NCBI GenBank assembly: GCA_034722035.1
Contig: JAYENK010000019.1
Span: forward strand, 1-47,930
Direction: 5' to 3'
Source of the DNA: Patescibacteria group bacterium
GTDB lineage: Bacteria > Patescibacteriota > Patescibacteriia > Patescibacteriales > UBA12075
DNA: 47,930 bases
Shown: positions 26,634-36,273 of the stretch, in pieces
How the letters are laid out: each line of letters opens with the position of its first letter
Numbering within the stretch: position 1 is the stretch's first letter
Translations under genes and position numbers: made by a program
Notes under the pieces: generated by a model
What the model was told of the DNA's origin: nothing
The model's database searches: none
Seen by the model: only the letters and a program-made list of their open reading frames with translations

Positions 26634-27487
26634 TTATCTTGAAAATAATTTTTAAGCTCGTCCCTGAGATCCTCTCTGTCCATTGCATATTTAAGGATTG
26701 TTTTAATTAAATTAAGAGGATCACCGGTAGTAAGCCACTCACCATCTTCTACTTTTTTAGCATAAAAATCTCCTCCTTTTTTAATATATTTTCTAATAGC
26801 ATCTACAAGTTGTAATTCGTTATTTTTTCCTAGCGGAAGATCTCTTAAAATATTTATTATATCTTGATTTAATATCATTCTTCCAAAATCAGCTAGATTA
26901 CCAGGAGAATTTTCTGTACTTGGTTTTTCTATAATGTCTATAATTTTATTTGTATTTAATTTTAATTTTACAATCCCGAATTTACTAACTTCATTCATGG
27001 GAACTTCTTGCACACCTATCATTAAATGTTGGCTTTTTTCATAGTCTTTTATCATTTGTTTGGTAAAAGATGTTTTTGATTTTACTAAATCATCTCCCCA
27101 GGCAAAAACAAACGGCTCATCCTTAACTAAATTAGACGCAGCAAGAGCTGGTGTTCCGCTTCCATAAGGCCCTTTTTGTCTTACATATATAAAATTTGCA
27201 AGATTAGAAATTCTTTTTATTTCTTTTAATCTTTTAATTTTAGCTCCTTTTTCTAGTTCATTTTCCAGCGCCCAGCTTTTATCAAAATGATCTTCAAGCG
27301 GTTTTTTGTCCCATTTTGTCACCAAAATTATATCTTCAATTCCAGCCTCGACTAATTCTTCAACCACTAATTGAATTACCGGTTTATCTACAATTGGCAG
27401 CATCTCTTTTGGCATGGCTTTGGTCGCCGGCAAAAGTCTGGTACCGGACCCAGCCACCGCAACTATAGCTTTTTTAATTTTTTTCAT
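26612..27487 (-). CDS. galU: UTP--glucose-1-phosphate uridylyltransferase-like
   Basis: KAIVAVAGSGTRLLPATKAMPKEMLPIVDKP, EDHFD, IEKP, ELQLVDAI. Confidence 0.85.
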   Translation of the reverse strand: MKKIKKAIVAVAGSGTRLLPATKAMPKEMLPIVDKPVIQLVVEELVEAGIEDIILVTKWDKKPLEDHFDKSWALENELEKGAKIKRLKEIKRISNLANFIYVRQKGPYGSGTPALAASNLVKDEPFVFAWGDDLVKSKTSFTKQMIKDYEKSQHLMIGVQEVPMNEVSKFGIVKLKLNTNKIIDIIEKPSTENSPGNLADFGRMILNQDIINILRDLPLGKNNELQLVDAIRKYIKKGGDFYAKKVEDGEWLTTGDPLNLIKTILKYAMDREDLRDELKNYFQDNYCNINS

Positions 27488-27502
27488 AAATTTTTAATTT
27501 AA

Positions 27503-28294
27503 TTATATTTTTCTCCATTTATAAAAATATTTTAACCAACTTTTAATATGTTCACGCGCTAGGCGATTTGTAAAGGGTGCTATAAACCAAGCTTGTTTTT
27601 TGCTGCCGCGTCCGTGATCATGAATGACGCGTGCTTTGGGATAATAAATAACTTTGTATCCGGCCTGCCATAAACTCCTAGCCATATCCACATCTTCAAA
27701 ATACATAAAATATCTTTCATCAAAACCACCGCCGATTTTGTCTATGGCTTCACGCCGAATCAACAAACAAGAGCCCATCACCCAGTCCACTTCCAAAGGT
27801 AGGCGTTCGGACTGATCTTGGACCAAAAAAGCATTTACTTTTGATTTAAAAAACCGGCCGATAAATGTTCGCCGATAAAGTGGCATCAAAAACGAAGGAA
27901 AACGAAAACAAGAGTCCTGATGCTTTTTGTCTGGATAAACCAACTCAGGCGCAAGCATGCCAACTGCCGGCCAACTCTTGACCAAACGATACAGCTCTTT
28001 AATAGTACTATTCTCTACTCTAGTGTCGGCATTCAAAATCAAAATAAATTTACCACTGGATATCTTTACGCCCAAATTATTTCCGGCTCCCATGCCGATA
28101 TTTTTATCATTTTGAATAAACTTAACAAAGTCAAACCGATCCTGAATCACTGCTTCTATCCCATCATTAGAATTATTGTCTACTACAATGATTTCGGTTT
28201 TAATTCCCTCTAAATCGGAAACCAAAACTGACTCCAAACAAATCAATGTCTTTACTTTTGATTTATAGTTTAAAATTATTATGCTTATATCCAT
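27503..28294 (-). CDS. GT2 glycosyltransferase (WbbL-like)
   Basis: VVDNNS, LNADT, DWVMGSCL, FDERYFMYFEDVD. Confidence 0.9.
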   Translation of the reverse strand: MDISIIILNYKSKVKTLICLESVLVSDLEGIKTEIIVVDNNSNDGIEAVIQDRFDFVKFIQNDKNIGMGAGNNLGVKISSGKFILILNADTRVENSTIKELYRLVKSWPAVGMLAPELVYPDKKHQDSCFRFPSFLMPLYRRTFIGRFFKSKVNAFLVQDQSERLPLEVDWVMGSCLLIRREAIDKIGGGFDERYFMYFEDVDMARSLWQAGYKVIYYPKARVIHDHGRGSKKQAWFIAPFTNRLAREHIKSWLKYFYKWRKI

Positions 28295-28300
28295 ATATTT

Positions 28301-29353
28301 TTACCAAAACATTACTTTTTGGCACATCTTCCAATAAAAATTAAAAAATGGATTTATAAATCTTAATTTCCAATCATCTACTTCCTGATACCATATTTTA
28401 CCACTCATTAATTTGGCAATTTTTCTGTCACTGACTCTTCTTAAATTCTGATTTCTTTTTCTTGCTCGAATAATATACTGCCAATTTCCAATACTAAAAA
28501 AATACGCCCAGACCCGCATTTTCTCCTTAAACCAACCGGATTTTAATGAAAATAAAATTAACCCTATTTCCATTATAACAAAAACGGGGAAAATTAAAAT
28601 CAAAGTAGCTACTTTATAACACTGAAGGATTGCCAAGATCCGATTCCGATCCATGTAATAAAATTGTTTAATTGATTTAGCAAATTCATACTTATGATAT
28701 ATAACGGCTTTTGGTGCTAATACAACCCTATAACCAGCTAGCCAGGCACGCCAACCGATCTCTTGGTCCTCATTATACATCCAGTATGTTTCATCAAACA
28801 ATCCAATACATTCTAATACTTCCCGTTTAAAAATAATTGCAACACCACTTGGGTAATGGATCCTACTCAAATCACTTCTTTCCCTATATTCATCACGATA
28901 AGCAATTGAATATCCAAAACCTAAAAAATGTGAAATGTTGCCCAGACTATTTACTTTTTCTTTATTATCATAAAGCATCACTCGGGCTTGAACCACTCCA
29001 ATCTTATCATCAAACTCTATCGCACTAACCATTTCTGACACACATGATTGATCCACAACTGTATCCATATTAAATAATACAATATACTCATATCCTTGCC
29101 GCAAAGCTTCGCGCATGCAATCATTGTTTCCTTTAGCAAAGCCATCATTTGTGTTGTTGAGAATTAATTCTAGCTCTGGCGCGATCTTTCTAATAAATTC
29201 AACACTTTCCATACTAGTCTCGTTGTCAGTAAGAAATATTTTTATCTCGCCGGCATAATCCTGCGCGCGAATACTTTCTATGCACTCAAGTAAATACTTC
29301 TTGGCATAGTCCTTGTAATTTGGCGATATGATTATAGCAAGTGATTTTTCCAT
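28301..29353 (-). CDS. GT2 glycosyltransferase
   Basis: GFAKGNN, FNMDT, GLFDETYWMYNED. Confidence 0.9.
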   Translation of the reverse strand: MEKSLAIIISPNYKDYAKKYLLECIESIRAQDYAGEIKIFLTDNETSMESVEFIRKIAPELELILNNTNDGFAKGNNDCMREALRQGYEYIVLFNMDTVVDQSCVSEMVSAIEFDDKIGVVQARVMLYDNKEKVNSLGNISHFLGFGYSIAYRDEYRERSDLSRIHYPSGVAIIFKREVLECIGLFDETYWMYNEDQEIGWRAWLAGYRVVLAPKAVIYHKYEFAKSIKQFYYMDRNRILAILQCYKVATLILIFPVFVIMEIGLILFSLKSGWFKEKMRVWAYFFSIGNWQYIIRARKRNQNLRRVSDRKIAKLMSGKIWYQEVDDWKLRFINPFFNFYWKMCQKVMFW

Positions 29354-29354
29354 A

Positions 29355-30239
29355 CTAAGTTTTAGCTCTTGGCTTTATGCCGAATTTATCAATAACGCCG
29401 GTGATAATTTTTCCAATCGGCCAGGTTAATTTTAATAACAACCATTGCCAACTTGAATGCCATTTTTTAAAGTATTTTAGCATTGAGTCAGCCATATATT
29501 TTTGCGTGGCACCGCGTGATACCTGTTTGAAGCTTTGGCCAATCAAATCAACACATTCGGCAACGTTCGTATACCAAACCTCTCCCCCTCCTCGCTGAAC
29601 TTGCTTGCAATAATCAACTTCTTCAAACCAAAGAAAATATCTCTCGTCCATATAAGGCAGGGTTGAATTTCGGAATAATTCAAGTTCGCGCGCTACTTCC
29701 AAATTAATCATAAAAAACGCACCTCGAACTGAATCAACTTGAGCGGTTTTGTTATAATCAAAATCCACTCTTAAATATTTATTTAAAATATTTGTAAACA
29801 AATGCGGAAGCTTCAATACAATTAAAAGCTGATCAAAAATTTGTGGAAAACGACGAACATGTCTGATTATGTCCCCTTCTTTGCTTAATAAACGACAAGA
29901 GGCAAGCGAAGCTTGTTGATTCTCTTCCATCCAAGTAAGCATATTCTGAATCGTATCAAATCTTATTTTCATGTCCGGATTTAAAAGCAAAGCGTATTTA
30001 CTTTCAATCTGCTTTAAGGCAATATTATTTGCTTTGGCAAAACCAAAATTGGCTTCATTTTTTACAATAGAAACACCTTTAAAGTCTTGCTCTACCATTA
30101 GAGCGCTACCATCTTCAGAATTATTGTCTACCACAATTATTTCAAAATCAAAATCAGTCTTGCTCTTAAGCAAGGCTTCCAGATTTTCTCTTAATTTTTC
30201 TTTAACATTCCAAGAGACGATTATAATGGATAACTTCAT
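29355..30239 (-). CDS. GT2 glycosyltransferase (WbbL-like)
   Basis: SIIIVSWN, VVDNNSEDGS, GFAKANN, LLNPD, DERYFLWFEEVD. Confidence 0.9.
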   Translation of the reverse strand: MKLSIIIVSWNVKEKLRENLEALLKSKTDFDFEIIVVDNNSEDGSALMVEQDFKGVSIVKNEANFGFAKANNIALKQIESKYALLLNPDMKIRFDTIQNMLTWMEENQQASLASCRLLSKEGDIIRHVRRFPQIFDQLLIVLKLPHLFTNILNKYLRVDFDYNKTAQVDSVRGAFFMINLEVARELELFRNSTLPYMDERYFLWFEEVDYCKQVQRGGGEVWYTNVAECVDLIGQSFKQVSRGATQKYMADSMLKYFKKWHSSWQWLLLKLTWPIGKIITGVIDKFGIKPRAKT

Positions 30240-31153
30240 AATGTTTTATAATTTTTCAACAAATATTGCTCAAATAATAATGCATAAACAAACATTTTAA
30301 ACGCAAAATAAACTACTTCAATCTTTCTTTTTAAATTTAGACTCTTCCAGTGTTTTTTGAATATTATATGTTGATTTTTGTAGGACCAGCTCTTTACTTG
30401 CTTGCTTTTATTTTTGCGATTTAACGCAACTACAAGATCAGTCTCGCCCACCCCCACTGCTGTTCTGTCATGATACACAATTGCATCTTTAACAAGTTTT
30501 GATCCATATCCGGCCAACTTAAGGCGATATGCCAAATCACAATCTTCTTTGTACATAAACATCCGCTCATCAAAATACCCATATTCATCTTTGACTTTTT
30601 CAAGTGCGATTACTCGATATAACGCTGTAGCCCCGCTTGGTCCAAGTATTTCCGTATCATCATGCTGATTTTTATCAATTTTACCCTGTCCAATATCAAT
30701 AAATCTCAAAGCGCTTATTTCTTTAATTCCGCAAGTATCGATAATATTTGTTTTCTTATTATCAATAAAATTCCATTTCAAAATTTTAGGCGCGGCCGAA
30801 GCTATATCCTTATCTTTTTCCATTGTTTTTATTAATTTTTCAACCATATCCGACTCTAAAATCATATCCGGATTTAAAAATAAAATATATTCTGCCTTAA
30901 AATCAATTGCTCTTTTTATTGTTTTGTTATTCGCCCGGGCAAAGCCAATATTTTCTCCGGAATAATTAAACTCAATATCAAAACTATTGTTATTTTCTAT
31001 TATTTTTTTATTTTCATTATTTTTAATATCAGAATTATCCTGAACAATAATTTTAAAATCTTTAAACGACTGCGTTTCCAAACTACTCAAAAAATACGGC
31101 AAATATTTTGCCGTAGATTTATTATAAGTAATAACTCCGATTACTAATTTCAT
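30236..31153 (-). CDS. GT2 glycosyltransferase
   Basis: NIGFARANN, FLNPD, FDERMFMYKEDCDL. Confidence 0.9.
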   Translation of the reverse strand: MKLVIGVITYNKSTAKYLPYFLSSLETQSFKDFKIIVQDNSDIKNNENKKIIENNNSFDIEFNYSGENIGFARANNKTIKRAIDFKAEYILFLNPDMILESDMVEKLIKTMEKDKDIASAAPKILKWNFIDNKKTNIIDTCGIKEISALRFIDIGQGKIDKNQHDDTEILGPSGATALYRVIALEKVKDEYGYFDERMFMYKEDCDLAYRLKLAGYGSKLVKDAIVYHDRTAVGVGETDLVVALNRKNKSKQVKSWSYKNQHIIFKKHWKSLNLKRKIEVVYFAFKMFVYALLFEQYLLKNYKTL

Positions 31154-31947
31154 GATAATCTTTTTTTTGCTAAACTTTTTGTTTGAAAATTAAACTCTTC
31201 AATTACTTTATTGATAATCGGATCAAAATTTTCACTAATTTTTTTATCCTTCACAACATTATTTGCTTCAAGCAGTGAATCAAAAGTTCCAGCGTCCAAC
31301 CAAGCACCACACACCATTCCCACATTAAGTTCCCCTTTTTTAAGATACCAATTATGCAGATCAACAATCTCTACTTCACCCCTATCGCTTGGCTTTACTT
31401 TCTTTGCTATCTTCACTACTCGGCTATCATAAATATAAAGCCCCGGTATTATATAATCACTAATCCATTCTTTCGGCTTTTCCACAATTTTTATTGCTTT
31501 CATCTTGTCATCGAACTTAACTACACCTGATCGTTCCGGGTCCGGAACTTTTACCGCAAAAACCTTGGCTCCTTTTTTAAAGTTTTTAATATCTTCGCTA
31601 AAATCATCCTCAAAAATATTATCCCCAAGAATCATTGTCACATCATCATTACCGATAAATTCTGCGCCGACGACAAAAGCATCAGCCAAACCGCGCGGAA
31701 CTGTCTGCACCTTAAATTCTATTCTAACATCAGATTTATCAAAAATTGAACCAAGCAAATTTAAAAAACTACCGGAAAAATCAGGTGAAACTATTATTAA
31801 AATTTCTTTGATTCCAGCTTTAATAAGCAAATTTAAAGGATAAAAAATCATCTGCCGGTCATAAACCGGCAATAACTGCTTTGAGGTTGTTAGCGTAAGC
31901 GGAAACAAACGCGTCGCCGTTCCACCCGCCAATATTATTCCTTTCAT
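31150..31947 (-). CDS. rmlA: Glucose-1-phosphate thymidylyltransferase
   Basis: MKGIILAGGTATRLFPLT, SKQLLPVYD, GLADAF, ILGDNIF, EKP, WLDAGT. Confidence 0.9.
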   Translation of the reverse strand: MKGIILAGGTATRLFPLTLTTSKQLLPVYDRQMIFYPLNLLIKAGIKEILIIVSPDFSGSFLNLLGSIFDKSDVRIEFKVQTVPRGLADAFVVGAEFIGNDDVTMILGDNIFEDDFSEDIKNFKKGAKVFAVKVPDPERSGVVKFDDKMKAIKIVEKPKEWISDYIIPGLYIYDSRVVKIAKKVKPSDRGEVEIVDLHNWYLKKGELNVGMVCGAWLDAGTFDSLLEANNVVKDKKISENFDPIINKVIEEFNFQTKSLAKKRLS

Positions 31948-31948
31948 A

Positions 31949-32815
31949 TTATTTTAAATTTTCCAAATATTCCTTAAGTGCTTCTTTGTAATTTCTTAAT
32001 TTTTTGGTCTTTGTGTTAAGTAAAACCGAATAAGCCGGACGAGCTGCCGGACGAGGAAATTTATCAGATAAAACCGGAATTAACTTTGTATCAATCTTTT
32101 TAAGTTCAAATAAAGTTTTAGTAGCACTGTACCAAGTAACCGCACCCTCATTAATTAAATGATAAATGCCATATGGATTTAAGTCTTCCAGCAGGTCAAG
32201 CGTAGCCCAAGCCAAATCCGGCGTATAGGTAAAACAACTCATTTCAGCGTCAACCACTTCTATCCTCTCTTTTTTTTTAGCTTTTTCCAACATTATATCA
32301 AAAAAACTCGGCTTAGCATTTTCGCTTGTCGCACTACTGCCAAATAATTTTGAAGTTCGAATCAAGTGATATTTTAGACCCTGACTAGCTAGCGCCAAGA
32401 CTGACTGCTCTCCCAAAAGTTTGGTAAAACCGTATTTATTAATCGGGAGAGGCTTATCATCTTCTTTATATCCTTCTTTTTTCTGTCCATCAAAAATATA
32501 ATCAGAAACATAATGCACAAAAACCGCATCTAATTCCAAAGATATTTCTGCCAGTTTTTTTACAGCTTCACCATTAAGTTCCCGCGCTTTTTCCAGTTCA
32601 ATCTCACTCTCTTCACATTTATCAACCGCGTTATAAGCAACCGTATTAATAATAATATCCGGCTCCACATTAGTAATGCTTTTTTCCAATTTTTTATATT
32701 CTGTAATATCAATTTCATCCCGATCCCAGCCAATCACTTCATAATCATAGGAAAAAACCTCCATCAACTCACTCCCAAGATTCCCGCGTGAACCTAATAT
32801 TAAAACCCTAAACAT
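31949..32815 (-). CDS. rmlD: dTDP-4-dehydrorhamnose reductase
   Basis: GSRGNLG, AYNAVDKCE, SDYIFDG, YGFTK, PRPAARPAYSVL. Confidence 0.92.
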   Translation of the reverse strand: MFRVLILGSRGNLGSELMEVFSYDYEVIGWDRDEIDITEYKKLEKSITNVEPDIIINTVAYNAVDKCEESEIELEKARELNGEAVKKLAEISLELDAVFVHYVSDYIFDGQKKEGYKEDDKPLPINKYGFTKLLGEQSVLALASQGLKYHLIRTSKLFGSSATSENAKPSFFDIMLEKAKKKERIEVVDAEMSCFTYTPDLAWATLDLLEDLNPYGIYHLINEGAVTWYSATKTLFELKKIDTKLIPVLSDKFPRPAARPAYSVLLNTKTKKLRNYKEALKEYLENLK

Positions 32816-32820
32816 GAAAA

Positions 32821-32896
32821 TAGTATTAAGTATAAAGTATTAAGTATAAAGTAATTAAAAAAATACCTAATACTTAATACTAGATACTTAATACTA
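32821..32896. repeat. 76-bp palindrome built from heptamer repeats
   Basis: 33-nt arms (29/33 complementary) made of AAGTATT/AAGTATA units, 10-nt spacer. Confidence 0.85.
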
Positions 32897-32904
32897 ACCT
32901 TAAT

Positions 32905-33858
32905 TTACCTTAAAAAGCACTGTTTGTCAAAAAAAATTTCTCTAATATTATCAAGTGTGTTTACCCTAATTAATCTTTCTCTCAACTTTTTGGCTCCAGT
33001 TAACCCTTTAACGTACCAGGATAGATGTTTGCGCATTTCAATAATCCCCTGTTCTCCTTTTAATTTATAAGCTAATTCAGCATGCTTAAGCGCAATATCA
33101 AAAATAAACGCTTTTGTTTTTGGCTTTGTATTTTTTATCTTAATTTCTTCAAATATCCAGGGACGGCCAAAAGCACCTTGGCCAATAGCAACACCGTCCG
33201 CCTCAGACTTATTTAATAAATCTTGCGCGTCATTACGATTGTAAACTCCGCCATTAGCGATAATCTTTCCACCAAAGTAATTACGCGCTTTTTTGATAAT
33301 TTTTGCGTCAACAGGGCCGGAAAATCCGGCATTACCGGCTCGACCATGAATCATGATTGCGCTCACATCCAGATCACTGATATTATCAAGAAATTTCAAA
33401 ACATCAACGTCTTCTACTTGACTACGGGTTTTTATCGATACCGGCAAATCAGTCGCCTCAAGTGTCGCTTTGATTACCGCTCTTGCTTGCTTTAAATCCT
33501 GAAAAAGCGTTATCCCCGCTCCTTGCTTTATCACCTTGGTGACAGGACAGCCAAAATTAATATCAATCCCCGCTGGCTTGATATTTTTTATTATAAATTC
33601 TATCGCAACTTTAAAATGCTCTGTCTCATTACCAAACAATTGAATTATATATACCCCTTCTTTACAATCAAAGTTCATTAATTCAATTGTCTTTTTGCCG
33701 CTATAAAACAAAGCGGTCGCGCTCACCATTTCCGAATACAAAATATCCGCGCCAAATTGCTTGCACATCTGCCGAAAGGCACTGTCGCTAATGCCAGCCA
33801 AAGGAGCTAACACATAAGCCGGATTATCATTATGAAATTGTTTCCAAAAATCACTCAT
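32905..33858 (-). CDS. dusB: tRNA-dihydrouridine synthase
   Basis: LAPLAGISDSAFR, QLFG, IDINFGCP, PVSIKTR, IHGR, IANGG, GRPWIF, EMRKH. Confidence 0.92.
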   Translation of the reverse strand: MSDFWKQFHNDNPAYVLAPLAGISDSAFRQMCKQFGADILYSEMVSATALFYSGKKTIELMNFDCKEGVYIIQLFGNETEHFKVAIEFIIKNIKPAGIDINFGCPVTKVIKQGAGITLFQDLKQARAVIKATLEATDLPVSIKTRSQVEDVDVLKFLDNISDLDVSAIMIHGRAGNAGFSGPVDAKIIKKARNYFGGKIIANGGVYNRNDAQDLLNKSEADGVAIGQGAFGRPWIFEEIKIKNTKPKTKAFIFDIALKHAELAYKLKGEQGIIEMRKHLSWYVKGLTGAKKLRERLIRVNTLDNIREIFFDKQCFLR

Positions 33859-33912
33859 TTGAAAAAAATAACGCCTACCAAGGCAGGCGCCTAATTTGAT
33901 AAAAAATTATAT

Positions 33913-34809
33913 CTATATACAAAAAAGGTCTGTGCTTAAATATTTTTCTCCTCTATCCGGAAAAATTGTTATAATATTTCCTGATTTAATTTTTTCGGAT
34001 ACTTTTTTGACTGCCAACATCGCCGCCCCCGCGCTCATTCCAACAAAAATCCCCTCCTTTCTTATAATCTCTCGACTCATTGCATAAGCCTCCTTGGTTT
34101 CAATCATAATTATATCATCTAATTTACTTTTATCATATATTGTCGGAACCAAAGCCTCTTTCATATTCTTAAGTCCTTGGATATAATGACCTTCAACCGG
34201 CTCAGCCGAAACGATTTTTATATTAGGATTAAATTTCTTTAAATATTGCCCCACTCCCATCAAAGTACCGGAAGTGCCGATAGCGGCTACAAAATAATCA
34301 ATCTCTCCGTTGCTTTGTTGTCGAATTTCTCTGGCAGTATTTTCATAATGCGCCAAAATATTAGAATGATTAGAAAACTGATCGGTATGATAATATTTAT
34401 TCGGTTCGGTTTTTATTATCTCATCGACTTTTTTGCGCGCTCCATCGGTTCCATCTTCTTTTGCTGTCAAAATGATTTCTGCGCCAAAAGCGGCGATCAT
34501 TTTTCTTCGTTCCACCGACACTCCTTCACTCATCACAATCTTGACTGTATAACCTTTAATCGCGCCGATCATAGCCAAAGCAATGCCGGTGTTTCCACTA
34601 CTAGCTTCAATAATAGTCTTGCCGGTTTTAAGCTCGCCCTTAGCTTCGGCTGACTCTAGCATTCTAAGAGCAATTCTGTCTTTAATCGAACCAGCTGGAT
34701 TGATTCCCTCTATCTTTGCATACACTTTTATATCTTTATTCTTAATAATATTATTAATTTTAATTAAAGGCGTGTTACCGATTGTTTGTAAAATATTCTG
34801 ATAAATCAT
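33913..34809 (-). CDS. cysK: Cysteine synthase (CysK/CysM family, PLP-dependent)
   Basis: IGNTPL, NPAGSIKDR, EASSGNTGIA, GTSGT, IQGL, FPDRGEKYLST. Confidence 0.9.
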   Translation of the reverse strand: MIYQNILQTIGNTPLIKINNIIKNKDIKVYAKIEGINPAGSIKDRIALRMLESAEAKGELKTGKTIIEASSGNTGIALAMIGAIKGYTVKIVMSEGVSVERRKMIAAFGAEIILTAKEDGTDGARKKVDEIIKTEPNKYYHTDQFSNHSNILAHYENTAREIRQQSNGEIDYFVAAIGTSGTLMGVGQYLKKFNPNIKIVSAEPVEGHYIQGLKNMKEALVPTIYDKSKLDDIIMIETKEAYAMSREIIRKEGIFVGMSAGAAMLAVKKVSEKIKSGNIITIFPDRGEKYLSTDLFCI

Positions 34810-34961
34810 ATATTTTAAATTATTTATTATATTATAACCCTTAGAAGTGTAAACCCCTTTGTTGCAATGTTAACAATAATTTTCCAAAAAAACACCCTTA
34901 TCTGATAAAATAATTAAATCCGTTAATTATTAATCGAAAAACAAAGATGACAAAGGAAAAA

Positions 34962-36233
34962 TTATTCAGCTCTAAGAGCCTCAACCGGTTGAAGCTTGGC
35001 GGCTTTTCTGGCTGGGTATAAGCCAAAAGCTAATCCAAAAAAAGTAGAAAACCCAAGAGCTACGACGAATGACTCAAGCGGGATGGCGAACTCCCAATCG
35101 AAGCCAGCGTAGTTGGCGCCATATGATAACAACCAAGACAAAATCACGCCAAGAATAACTCCAAAAATACCGCCTAAAATTGTAATCAAAACTGATTCAA
35201 GCAAAAATTGAGATATTATATCCCGATAAGTCGCGCCAACCGCTTTACGCAGACCAATTTCAGCCGTGCGTTCGCTTACGACAACATACATTATATTCAA
35301 AATTCCCACTCCGCCTACCACCAAAGATATCGCCACAATTGCCAATAGCAACAAAGTAATAGCCCCTGTTACAGTACCAAGCAAATCCATCATTTCAATC
35401 ATGGTGGCTACGCGAAAATCATCTTTATGAAAATCATCCTCATCTTCAACGCTGATATCATGCCGATCACGCAAAATCATTCTCATTTCATTGGCAGTAT
35501 CTTCGGCATAGTTCATATCATTTACTTCGCTCAAAAAATACATCAAATAATCAATGCCCATAATTCGTTTTTGCAAAGATCGCACCGGCAAATAAATAAA
35601 ATCATCAAAATCCATTCCCATAATCGCGCCCCGCTCTTCCATCACGCCGATAACTCTAAATTTTGTTTTCCTTATTTTTATCATCTTCCCCAGAGTATCT
35701 GATTCACCGAATAATTTTTCCTTCATTTTGTATCCCAAAACGGCAACTCGAGCCAAGCTCTTGTCTTCTTCTTTGGTAAAAAACCGACCTTCTTTAATCT
35801 CGCTTTTATCAATCTCAATATAAGAGGCGCTGGTTCCCAGGATAAAAGCCTTTTTCTGTTCTCTTAAGTAAGTAACCGCCTCCTGACTCATAACACCGGC
35901 ATAGGCATCTTTAATATTGGGTAATTCTTTAATTTCATTCATGTCGTCCAAAGTCAAAGTGGTAATTTGCACACCTTGAACAATGTCGCTTACACCGGTA
36001 GTCGAGGTATTGGAAATTTTTTTATTGGTAGGAACCTTTATTTCTGTTTGAATTACGTTTGTCCCAAAAGACTCTACCTGCCCGACAATTAAACGCTCAA
36101 TCCCGTGCCCGGCCGAATACACAATAATGACACTGCTTATTCCAATTACAACCCCAAGCACAGTCAAAATTGTCCGCGTCTTATTAGCCAACATCGAAAT
36201 CAAAGCTGATTTAACTGAAGAAACTATAATCAT
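34962..36233 (-). CDS. MacB/FtsX-family ABC permease
   Basis: RTILTVLGVVIG, GGVGILNIMYVVVSERTAEIGLRKAVGA, PVEALR. Confidence 0.93.
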   Translation of the reverse strand: MIIVSSVKSALISMLANKTRTILTVLGVVIGISSVIIVYSAGHGIERLIVGQVESFGTNVIQTEIKVPTNKKISNTSTTGVSDIVQGVQITTLTLDDMNEIKELPNIKDAYAGVMSQEAVTYLREQKKAFILGTSASYIEIDKSEIKEGRFFTKEEDKSLARVAVLGYKMKEKLFGESDTLGKMIKIRKTKFRVIGVMEERGAIMGMDFDDFIYLPVRSLQKRIMGIDYLMYFLSEVNDMNYAEDTANEMRMILRDRHDISVEDEDDFHKDDFRVATMIEMMDLLGTVTGAITLLLLAIVAISLVVGGVGILNIMYVVVSERTAEIGLRKAVGATYRDIISQFLLESVLITILGGIFGVILGVILSWLLSYGANYAGFDWEFAIPLESFVVALGFSTFFGLAFGLYPARKAAKLQPVEALRAE

Positions 36234-36273
36234 TTAAAAAATAATATTTATTAAGGCAAAATTTTTAATTGAT

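Noticed and set aside
31150-31153. Alternative genetic code 25 (TGA=Gly)
   Set aside because: TGA ends rmlA in an ATGA overlap and long genes translate fully under code 11.
32821-32896. CRISPR array
   Set aside because: 7-nt units without unique spacers; no cas genes.
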